A stretch of 39,196 nucleotides of DNA from an uncultured Opitutia bacterium (GTDB taxonomy: Bacteria; Verrucomicrobiota; Verrucomicrobiia; Opitutales; UBA953), in assembly GCA_937874455.1 (NCBI GenBank), contig CALNBE010000236.1:1-39196 (forward strand), read 5' to 3'. Position numbers and translations under genes: made by a program. Shown here one piece after another: positions 31,085 through 37,960 of the stretch (positions within the stretch are counted from its first letter, which is position 1; each line of letters opens with the position of its first letter). The notes beneath the pieces are model-generated. The model did no database searches and was not told the origin of the DNA. It saw only the letters and a program-made list of their open reading frames with translations.

Positions 31085-32659
31085 TCAGCGCTTGGCGAAG
31101 ACTTGGTCGAGGGCGGCGGAAGCGGCCTCAAAGGTCATGAGGTGCGCGTCCTGGTATCCGGCTTTGGTCAGGTGGATGACCTGCTTCACTGTGGCCAGCT
31201 TGCTCCGGCTCTGACCGATCACCACGTCAATGATCCGGCTGGCCTGGCCCCGGTCCTTGATGCTGGTGGTGTCGAGTCCGGCCTTCTCCAGCATCTCCCT
31301 TTGCTTCGGACTGACCGCTGCGCGCTGCCAGCCTGCGACGGCCTCGTAGTCGAGGAGGTCAGTGGTGTGGAAGAGGGCGGCGAAGCTCAGGGCGTCCACC
31401 CGGTTCCCCTGCTTGCCCCGCTGGCGCTTGAGCTTGTCGAGGAGGTCCTGCTCGCGCTCCCCGGTGATGAACTCGTCGGTTTCGAGGAGGTCCATCTTCC
31501 CCTCCTTCAGCTTTTTGGCGACCGCCTTCCGCTGCTCAGGAGCGTCGGTCATGAGGTCCGCGGGGCCCATGACGTCATGCCCCTCAAACTCCCAGAGGAA
31601 ATCCAGAAGCAGCATGTCCTGTTTGCGGTCCGGGTGGTCGCACCAGCCGTCGCAGCCGTGGGGGCAGTGAAGCCTCGTTCCCCTGCCGGCCATCTGGATG
31701 TAGGGCGTCCGTCCCCGGGTTGGCCGGAGGATGATCACGCAGTCAATGTCGGGGCAGTCGAAGCCCTTCGTGAGCATCTGGCAATTGTTGAGGAACCGGA
31801 ATTCCGACCGCTGGAAGCCCTCGATGATTTCGGCCCGGTCCGGGCTGCTTCCGTCGACGTGCTTGGCGGCGTGGCCCCGGGTGACAAGCAGGTCGGTGAA
31901 CCGGCGGCTGGCCGCGACGCTGGGGTGGAAGATCAGGAACTTTTTCCGGTCCGGGGCGTGCTTCTCAATGGCGTCGATGATGGCCTGGTAATAGGCCTCC
32001 AGTTCGGCGGCCACTTCGTCATTGTCACCGTCGGTGATTTTGCTCTGGATCCGGATCTCCAAGGGCACCGTCTCGACCGTGATGGGGCTGAGGTGCCTGG
32101 CCTTGATGAGCTCGGACATGGGCACGTCTGCGGCGACGTGCTCGTAAAACTTCATCAGGCTCTTTTTGTCTCCACGCTCCGGGGTGGCGGTCACTCCGAG
32201 GATCCGGGCGCCCCCGCCGTGGAAGTGGTTCAAGGTCCGTTGCCAGTCCGGGGCCATGCTCAAATGCGCTTCGTCGGCCACCACGTAATCGAAGTGGTCC
32301 GGCTGAAACCGGGCGAGCCGGGCCGGCTTGGAAATGCTCTGGATGCTGGCCACGATCACGTTGTGGTGCAGGCTGGCCTTGTCCGCTGCCTTCTCGACGT
32401 CGGCGATGATGTTGGCGCTCTTGTAGAGCTTCTTCACGCTCTGGTCGATCAGCTCGTCGGTGTCAGCGAGGAAAAGGCACTTCCCCTGCTGCCTCGTGGT
32501 CCAGTGGTGGATCAGGGCGCTGGCGATGATGGTCTTGCCTGCTCCGGTCGCGGCAAGGCCGAGGACCTTGGTAAAGGCGGTGTCGTTCACCTTCCCGTCG
32601 AAGGCGTCGACCACGCCGCGGCAGAAGCGCTTCTGGTAGTCTCTCAGGCTGAATTTCAT
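31085..32659 (-). CDS. SF2 DEAH-box helicase (ResIII-like)
   Basis: Internal ATG (MKFSLRDYQKRF...) behind the GAACCC leader. Motifs: AATGAGKT, VVADEAH, GVTATP, QMAGRGTR. Confidence 0.85.
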   Translation of the reverse strand: MKFSLRDYQKRFCRGVVDAFDGKVNDTAFTKVLGLAATGAGKTIIASALIHHWTTRQQGKCLFLADTDELIDQSVKKLYKSANIIADVEKAADKASLHHNVIVASIQSISKPARLARFQPDHFDYVVADEAHLSMAPDWQRTLNHFHGGGARILGVTATPERGDKKSLMKFYEHVAADVPMSELIKARHLSPITVETVPLEIRIQSKITDGDNDEVAAELEAYYQAIIDAIEKHAPDRKKFLIFHPSVAASRRFTDLLVTRGHAAKHVDGSSPDRAEIIEGFQRSEFRFLNNCQMLTKGFDCPDIDCVIILRPTRGRTPYIQMAGRGTRLHCPHGCDGWCDHPDRKQDMLLLDFLWEFEGHDVMGPADLMTDAPEQRKAVAKKLKEGKMDLLETDEFITGEREQDLLDKLKRQRGKQGNRVDALSFAALFHTTDLLDYEAVAGWQRAAVSPKQREMLEKAGLDTTSIKDRGQASRIIDVVIGQSRSKLATVKQVIHLTKAGYQDAHLMTFEAASAALDQVFAKR

Positions 32660-32683
32660 GTTCGGGTTCGGGTTCGGATTTTC

Positions 32684-32729
32684 GGCACTTTTCCCCAATT
32701 TTTTGGGGTGTCCATCGGGGAAAAGTGCC
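32684..32729 (-). promoter_or_regulatory. nested inverted repeat in the leader of the SF2 helicase gene
   Basis: GGCACTTTTCCCC (32684-32696) pairs with GGGGAAAAGTGCC (32717-32729). The inner repeat CCCCAATTTTTTGGGG lies at 32693-32708. Confidence 0.55.
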
Positions 32730-32731
32730 TC

Positions 32732-32747
32732 GGCGCCAATTGGCGCC
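32732..32747. repeat. palindrome copy 5 (upstream of the SF2 helicase gene)
   Basis: Read directly from the sequence. It has the same 23-bp extended form in inverted orientation. Confidence 0.9.
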
Positions 32748-32755
32748 GGAGTGGT

Positions 32756-33028
32756 TCAGGCTCCGCCTTGGGCGGTCAGCGTGCCTGGCGCGGCGCCGGT
32801 TCCGGCAGCGACCGGGGCGCCGGGGTCACCCTCGCGGGGAGGCCAGTTCCAGCAGCCCGGATCCGGGCTCGGGCCCCGGACGCAAACCGCGTTAAAGGGC
32901 GCTCCGCCCTCGTTGAAGGCGGCCAGGTTGACGGTCTCATCCGGATTGATTCCGGCGATGATGGCGGCGCTCGGCTTGAAGTTGGCGCCGCGGTTGAGGT
33001 GGACGATCCGTCCAATGGTTGGTTTCAT
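32756..33028 (-). CDS. hypothetical small protein
   Basis: 90-aa track ORF with a GAACCC-type leader. Confidence 0.5.
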   Translation of the reverse strand: MKPTIGRIVHLNRGANFKPSAAIIAGINPDETVNLAAFNEGGAPFNAVCVRGPSPDPGCWNWPPREGDPGAPVAAGTGAAPGTLTAQGGA

Positions 33029-33059
33029 GGTGGGTTGGGTTTGGGTTCGGTTCTGTCGA

Positions 33060-33989
33060 TCAGTCTGCCCCTTCGACCACCCGGCGGGCGGTGATGGCCC
33101 AGCCGTTGATCACGGTTTTGAAGGCCTTGTTGGTCTTCTTGCCTTTGTCCAGGGCAGCAGCCAGCAGGATCAGATTCCCGATACTGTCCCGGGAGTCTAG
33201 CGTTTTCTGGATGAACTTGAGCGCCGCGTCGACGGTCCATTTTAGGATGATCAGTTCTGCGATGGCGACTTGGTCGTCCGCCGGCAAGGCAAGGAACTTG
33301 TCATGCTCGGACCTCGTTTTGAGGATCACCCCGTTTTCGTAGGCGGTGCCGAAAGCCTCGCCCAGGAGGGTGTTCAGCTTCTTGGTGTTTTTTTTCCGCT
33401 CGGCCTTCATGGCGGCCAGTTCGTTGGCCTCTGTGGCGGCCTGCGTCGCGGCGGCAGCCTGCTGTTTGTCGTCCTTGATCTCCTTCTCCGCGGCGGCCAG
33501 CGTCTTGGTGCCGGCCTTCACGTCGGCGAAGGCTTTCGGGTCGGCTTTCTTCACAGCCCGGGCACGCTCGACGCTGCGGGGGCTGGTGCCGAACTGGGCG
33601 GCTACCACCTTGGTGGATTCCTTGGTCGTGGTGCCGGCAGCGGCGGCGGCCTCGGCTTCAAAGGCAGCAAAGAACTCCTCGGCCGCGCTCGCCTTCTGGC
33701 CGATGGTCAGGTGGCGGCGGTGCCAGTTCTTGTCCTTCACGAAGTGGGCGGGGGAATCCCCGTCCGTGGGCAGGCTTCCGAACTCGCGATAGATCGGTGT
33801 GACCTTGGCAATCTCGCAGGCTCGTTGACGGTTGTTTCCGTCGAGGACCTGGCCGTCCAGCAGGACGATGGCTTCGCGCTGGCCGTTGACCTTGATGCTC
33901 TCGCCCAGGGTGGTCAGGTTGAGGACGTCCTCCATGGGGAGGATCTGGCTCAGGGGGTGGGGTGGGTATGCTCGGTGTGTCGTGCTCAT
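33060..33989 (-). CDS. ParB-family N-terminal domain protein with HTH
   Basis: Internal ATG (MSTTHRAYPP...) with an ATGA overlap. IVLLDGQVLDGNNRQRACEIA is a ParB box. VAAQFGTSPRSVERARAV is an HTH. The C-terminal part is coiled-coil-like. Confidence 0.7.
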   Translation of the reverse strand: MSTTHRAYPPHPLSQILPMEDVLNLTTLGESIKVNGQREAIVLLDGQVLDGNNRQRACEIAKVTPIYREFGSLPTDGDSPAHFVKDKNWHRRHLTIGQKASAAEEFFAAFEAEAAAAAGTTTKESTKVVAAQFGTSPRSVERARAVKKADPKAFADVKAGTKTLAAAEKEIKDDKQQAAAATQAATEANELAAMKAERKKNTKKLNTLLGEAFGTAYENGVILKTRSEHDKFLALPADDQVAIAELIILKWTVDAALKFIQKTLDSRDSIGNLILLAAALDKGKKTNKAFKTVINGWAITARRVVEGAD

Positions 33990-34519
33990 GGCTTTGGTTT
34001 GTGGATGCGGCGCAGAAGCGCCAGAAAATCGATCAGGATGAATCCGGTCCCCTGGGGGACGGGGTGGGCGTCGGCCCAGCGGAAGCTCTTGCGGTGCTTC
34101 AGCTGGGCGACGCACATGCTCGGGGTCACAAGCCGGGTCTGGTTGTCGAATCGCCAGAGGTAGGCGCATGCTGCTCCGGCGGCGCTCCAGCGCAGGCCGG
34201 CTTGGATCTGGGCGGCGGTGATCCCGTTGCTGCTGGAGGCCTCGCCGTCCTCTCTGATGTAGCCGAGGGACAGGGTCGGGTCGTTCGTCACCTTGCACTC
34301 CAGCTGCAGGGTCTTGCCTCCCATTTCCGTCCACGTCCCGATGATGTCGAGGAAGGGGTTCACGAGGTAGATGGTCCGGAGACTCCGGCCGTGGCCGAAG
34401 GTCCGGGTCGGTGGGTCGACCTTTTCAATGTCGGCCAGGCCGGCGGCTTTGTATGCCTGTCCCACCTTGAGCACTTCATTTTCGAATGCGGTCGATTCTT
34501 TGCTGATGCCTTTAGCCAT
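33986..34519 (-). CDS. RecU-like Holliday junction resolvase (PD-(D/E)xK)
   Basis: 177 aa. ADIEKVDPP...NPFLDIIGTW...GKTLQLECKVT parallels the RecU A.I.K.PTP...D..G...FEAKET arrangement. Confidence 0.55.
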   Translation of the reverse strand: MAKGISKESTAFENEVLKVGQAYKAAGLADIEKVDPPTRTFGHGRSLRTIYLVNPFLDIIGTWTEMGGKTLQLECKVTNDPTLSLGYIREDGEASSSNGITAAQIQAGLRWSAAGAACAYLWRFDNQTRLVTPSMCVAQLKHRKSFRWADAHPVPQGTGFILIDFLALLRRIHKPKP

Positions 34520-34745
34520 CGTAATTCGTCGGGTTCGGGTCGGTTCGGAGTCGGGTGATGATCAGGTTCAGGACGTGCTCACGCACGGCGAGGATGTGTC
34601 TGCAACGCCGTTTCCGGCATGTCCAGTCCTCGCAGCTGCATTGGCCGTCCGGGAGCTTCCCAAGGTCGACGAGGTGATGCTCGCCCGGACGGCTGTGGCT
34701 GGGGACCAGCCACCGCAGCAGGTGGTCATGCGGGATCGGCTGCAT
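34512..34745 (-). CDS. SWIM zinc-finger protein
   Basis: 77 aa. CSCEDWTCRKRRCRHI fits CxCxnCxH. Confidence 0.65.
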   Translation of the reverse strand: MQPIPHDHLLRWLVPSHSRPGEHHLVDLGKLPDGQCSCEDWTCRKRRCRHILAVREHVLNLIITRLRTDPNPTNYDG

Positions 34746-35223
34746 CGAGGATTAGCTGGGTGTCCCCCGGGCTGCCCATGACCCGGAGCCAGCGCTCCAG
34801 GGCGATGTGGATCTGCTCGGTGGGCGGAGGGGTGATGGCCACCATATGGACCCGCGGGACGTGCGGAAGGATCTCGACCTCGGCCGGCTGGCGGCATGCC
34901 ACCATCAGGCCGCAGATGGCGTCCTTCACGCGCTCCATGGTCCAGGGCGTTCCGGTGTGCTCCGGCACCGGGGCAGGTTCCTCGACCCGGATCTGGATGA
35001 TCTGGTTGTTGGCGGCACCAGCCTCCCGCATCAGGACCTTCAGGGCCATGATGTTCAGGCCGGCCTTGCCGATGATTTTCGGCATGTCCTCGCCGTGAAC
35101 TTGGATCTGAAGCTCGGTCTGGTTGGGGCCGAGGTGGGTGCTGTTGATCCGGAGGGATCCGGGTCGGAAAAGGGCGGGCTCGACGAGCGCCTGGAGCAGT
35201 TTGATTTGGTCGGTGGTGGTCAT
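34726..35223 (-). CDS. KH-domain nucleic-acid-binding protein
   Basis: Internal ATG (MTTTDQIKLLQ...) with an ATGA overlap. MPKIIGKAGLNIMALKVL carries the KH GxxG motif. Confidence 0.55.
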   Translation of the reverse strand: MTTTDQIKLLQALVEPALFRPGSLRINSTHLGPNQTELQIQVHGEDMPKIIGKAGLNIMALKVLMREAGAANNQIIQIRVEEPAPVPEHTGTPWTMERVKDAICGLMVACRQPAEVEILPHVPRVHMVAITPPPTEQIHIALERWLRVMGSPGDTQLILDAADPA

Positions 35224-35378
35224 GGTTTGTTGCTGCCGATGGCGGCCAGGGTAAGAAGTGCTGTGGTGACGAGGATGGCGGCGTGGAGGCCGGTGACGGT
35301 TCCTCCGGTCTGCTGGAGGGTGTAGCACACTCCGGCGATTCCGGACGCAAAGGTCAAAGGGGCGGTGAGGTATCTCAT
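35220..35378 (-). CDS. 52-aa two-helix membrane peptide
   Basis: MRYLTAPLTFASGIAGVCYTLQQTGGTVTGLHAAILVTTALLTLAAIGSNKP, the tail of track ORF 35220..35906. ATGA overlaps on both sides. Confidence 0.4.
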   Translation of the reverse strand: MRYLTAPLTFASGIAGVCYTLQQTGGTVTGLHAAILVTTALLTLAAIGSNKP

Positions 35379-36283
35379 GTGAATTTGATGGGGGTGCCTG
35401 TCAGGATCTGGAGCCTCCGGATGATGGCGTCGGCGAGGCTGCTGGTTCCGCCGTCCGGAGCGGGCAGGAAGCGCTTGGCTAGCTCGGCGCCGGTGTATTG
35501 CGTGGTGACCAGCATGGGCCGGCTCTGCTGCATGCGGCGCTCGGTCAGCTGGAAAAGCGCGTCCTCTCCGGCGGGCGTGCCAGCCATGTTTCCCACGTCG
35601 TCGAGAAAGAGGTAATCGCAGGCGATGAACGGTTTCAGGAACTGCAGGGTGTTGGTCTCCTTGGCTGCCCTGCTGCAGGCTGCGCGCCACTCGGAAGCGA
35701 TGATGTAGCGGAGGCTCTTCTGCTTCCAGACCAGCGGAAGGATGGCTCCGTGGAACATGGCGGTCGTCTTGAACTTGCCGCTTTTGCCATGGATCAGCAC
35801 GCCGGGGCCGGATTTGAAGGCGTCCTTGACCTTCTGGAGTTTCTCCGCCGGCAGTGCTGCGATGATCTCCTTGGTCCGGTAGAACTCCGGGCAGATGGCT
35901 TCCCACTCCGCATTCCGGGCTGCTTCAAAGGCCTGCTGTTTTTTGGACTTCTCCTTCTCGTTCTGGGCGGCGGAGCAGGCTTCGCAGAACCGCACGGTGT
36001 CGATGGTGCGGCCAAAGAGGAAGGCGGTCACGGCCTGAAACTCTTTGCTGCAGGTCTCGCAGATTTTGGTCTTGGTGGTGACCTCGGTCTGGTGGCTGAG
36101 GTCGAGGTCGGCGAACATCGCGCTCTGGCAGGGTGGGCAGGTGTTGGGCACCAGGGTGGTTCCGCCGTCGGAGCGCGGGAGCTTCACCGCGGGGGTCGGT
36201 GTGCCGCACTGCTTGCAGGGCAGGTCTTCGCTACCAGAGCCAGGGTCGGTCGGGGTCAGCAGGTGGGGTGGTGGATTGATCAT
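35375..36283 (-). CDS. DnaC/IstB-like AAA+ helicase loader with N-terminal Cys clusters
   Basis: Internal ATG (MINPPPHLL...) behind the GAACCC leader. The Walker A-like motif HGKSGKFKTT is atypical, with F at the second-Gly position. Walker B is YLFLDDVG. The N-terminus has three CxxC-type pairs. Confidence 0.6.
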   Translation of the reverse strand: MINPPPHLLTPTDPGSGSEDLPCKQCGTPTPAVKLPRSDGGTTLVPNTCPPCQSAMFADLDLSHQTEVTTKTKICETCSKEFQAVTAFLFGRTIDTVRFCEACSAAQNEKEKSKKQQAFEAARNAEWEAICPEFYRTKEIIAALPAEKLQKVKDAFKSGPGVLIHGKSGKFKTTAMFHGAILPLVWKQKSLRYIIASEWRAACSRAAKETNTLQFLKPFIACDYLFLDDVGNMAGTPAGEDALFQLTERRMQQSRPMLVTTQYTGAELAKRFLPAPDGGTSSLADAIIRRLQILTGTPIKFT

Positions 36284-36983
36284 GTGAGGTCGGGTTCGGG
36301 TTCGGTGAAATGTCCTGCCAGCGCTCCTCGTGGAACCACGTGGATCCGTGCGGCGTGAATGGCAGGCATTTGCCATCACTTCCGGCTCTGGACAAGGCAT
36401 AAGTCTTGGTCCGGGCCAAAAGTTCAGGTGCGGTTATTTTTTTCTTCCGGAGGGCTTGGCGGATGTAGTCGAGGGCCTTCTTTTTGCCCTCCTTGTTGGG
36501 GTAGGCTTTCCAGATCTCCTCGATGATTTCGGATCCGGCTTTGATCTCCTTGCTGGCATCCCCCTCCAACGCAAACGCCCCCCCTGGGGGGCATAAGTCT
36601 TTATTCTCATTCTTTTCTTTCTCTATATATGGCGTTTCCCCATTTGGGGAAAAGGCGTTCCCCATTTGGGGAAAGTCGTTTCCCCATTTGGGGAAATCCG
36701 GCTCAGGATGAACCGCCATGAGCATGCGCTGGTCTCCGTCTTTCCATCTTCGGAGCCAGCCTTTTTCGATCAGATTCGTGATGGCATTGGCCACGCTTTT
36801 TTCCGCAATATCGAAGGTCCGGGCGAGGTGTTCGTTGGTCGCAAAGCACCCTCCCCGGGTGTGGCTGAAAAGGGCGTGGATCTGGGCCCAGAGCAGGCGC
36901 TCAATCCAGCGCAGTCCCTGCGCGTCGATGATGTCGACGGGCAGGAACAGGCCGGTGAATCGGCGGTGAGGTCCGTCGCTCAT
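36231..36983 (-). CDS. replisome organizer / replication initiator (wHTH N-terminus, DnaD-like C-terminus)
   Basis: ATG at 36983 (MSDGPHRRFTG...) with an ATGA overlap. FATNEHLARTFDIAEKSVANAITNLIEKGWL is an HTH. The C-terminus IWKAYPNKEGKKKALDYI...STWFHEERWQD is typical of phage replication proteins. The iterons lie in the linker-coding part. Confidence 0.6.
   Translation of the reverse strand: MSDGPHRRFTGLFLPVDIIDAQGLRWIERLLWAQIHALFSHTRGGCFATNEHLARTFDIAEKSVANAITNLIEKGWLRRWKDGDQRMLMAVHPEPDFPKWGNDFPQMGNAFSPNGETPYIEKEKNENKDLCPPGGAFALEGDASKEIKAGSEIIEEIWKAYPNKEGKKKALDYIRQALRKKKITAPELLARTKTYALSRAGSDGKCLPFTPHGSTWFHEERWQDISPNPNPTSHDQSTTPPADPDRPWLW
36595..36630. other. AT-rich tract adjacent to the iterons (candidate DNA unwinding element)
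   Basis: taagtctttattctcattcttttctttctctatatat, in an otherwise ~63% GC context. Confidence 0.5.
36631..36697. repeat. three tandem 22-bp iterons (core TTCCCCATTTGGGGAA): candidate origin of replication
   Basis: Cores lie at about 36636-36651, 36658-36673 and 36680-36695. Each is an inverted repeat TTCCCCA/TGGGGAA. They sit inside the initiator gene. Confidence 0.65.
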
Positions 36984-37321
36984 GCGGTGAATTGCACGGG
37001 GGGTTGTTTCCGGCACCACTTCTGCCAGCTATCGGTGATGAAGCGCTCGGGGCTGCTCGGCTGGGGATTGGCCAGCCGGTAGGTGGCCATCTGGAACCAG
37101 CCGCTCTTGCTGGCCGGCCGGCGGGTGAGGTGCACGGCGGTCGGTTCCTTTTCCTGCCGGACGTAAACGAAGACTTTTTCGTTGGCCCGGTCGGGTTCGT
37201 CCTCCGGTTGGTCCAGCGCGTCCCAGGATCCGTCCCGGGCCTGCACAGCGCGCAGGAAGATCGGGGCGCGCTGGCAGGCCAGTTTCTGCCCCTCGGCGGG
37301 GCCGTCGAGGAAGCTGATCAT
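36980..37321 (-). CDS. hypothetical protein
   Basis: 113-aa track ORF with ATGA overlaps. Confidence 0.5.
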   Translation of the reverse strand: MISFLDGPAEGQKLACQRAPIFLRAVQARDGSWDALDQPEDEPDRANEKVFVYVRQEKEPTAVHLTRRPASKSGWFQMATYRLANPQPSSPERFITDSWQKWCRKQPPVQFTA

Positions 37322-37629
37322 GACTTAGGGACGCAGATGAAGAGCTCTTTACCGGTGCCGTGGATGTGGACCGATCCCTTCGGGTAGGCCTTCGCAATCG
37401 CGGCCATGAGCTTGGTGTTCAGGTCCATGTTGATCGGGGGGTGGATGGTCAGCAGGACGCGCTTCCCTGGCGGCATCCAGCCGGGCCGGGGGATGGCGCC
37501 AATTGGCGCCGCATCAAATGGCGGGGCGGTCCGGCTGGGCGCGCAGGGCCCCTCGTGGCCGTCGTTCCGGATGCATCTCCAGCCGTCCGGCTGGGGGATG
37601 GCGCATTCGTTATCGGTTTCGTTGCTCAT
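37318..37629 (-). CDS. hypothetical protein
   Basis: 103-aa track ORF. It contains palindrome copy 6 in frame (AAPIGAI). Confidence 0.5.
   Translation of the reverse strand: MSNETDNECAIPQPDGWRCIRNDGHEGPCAPSRTAPPFDAAPIGAIPRPGWMPPGKRVLLTIHPPINMDLNTKLMAAIAKAYPKGSVHIHGTGKELFICVPKS
37495..37510. repeat. palindrome copy 6 (inside CDS 37318..37629)
   Basis: Read directly from the sequence. Confidence 0.9.
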
Positions 37630-37635
37630 GGTGGT

Positions 37636-37917
37636 TCAGGGCTTTTTGATGGCGATCCACTCGCCTTGGATTTCGACGATCAGGGACTCGGAGTGGAGGT
37701 CTCCCATCCACTGCAAAAGCTCGACCAGCCGCGCTGCCGGCATCGGCATGCGGTAGGCGGCCACGGCCTTTTCCTCCAGATCGGTGGGGCTCGCGAGCCG
37801 CATCGGCGCGGCCTCAAGTTCTGCGGCGCCAATTGTCTTGATTGGGGTGGTTGCCTGCTTCAGGATATCGGTGAGGCTCGGCCTCGGGGAGTGGGGTGGT
37901 TCTTGTCTCGGTTTCAT
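37636..37917 (-). CDS. hypothetical protein
   Basis: Internal ATG (MKPRQEPPHS...) preceded by a GAACCC-type leader. The track ORF's longer start overlaps the helicase gene. Confidence 0.45.
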   Translation of the reverse strand: MKPRQEPPHSPRPSLTDILKQATTPIKTIGAAELEAAPMRLASPTDLEEKAVAAYRMPMPAARLVELLQWMGDLHSESLIVEIQGEWIAIKKP

Positions 37918-37960
37918 ATTCGGGTTCGTTTTTCGGTTATGCCTTTTCCGGCGATTTTTA

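Noticed and set aside
1452-36400. Long N-terminal extensions of minus-strand track ORFs: 1452..2387, 9484..10572, 21283..22626, 27632..29605, 29610..31055, 33060..34334, 34726..35328 and 35375..36400.
   Set aside because: The extensions are Pro/Arg/His-rich and overlap the upstream genes out of frame. In each case an internal ATG (or one GTG) forms an ATGA/GTGA overlap with the upstream stop or follows the GAACCC leader. The shorter forms were annotated instead.
36631-36697. A CRISPR array interpretation of the three 22-bp repeats.
   Set aside because: The repeats are directly tandem with only ~6-nt linkers, so there are no spacers. There are only three units, they lie inside a coding region, and no cas genes are present. 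Iterons fit better.
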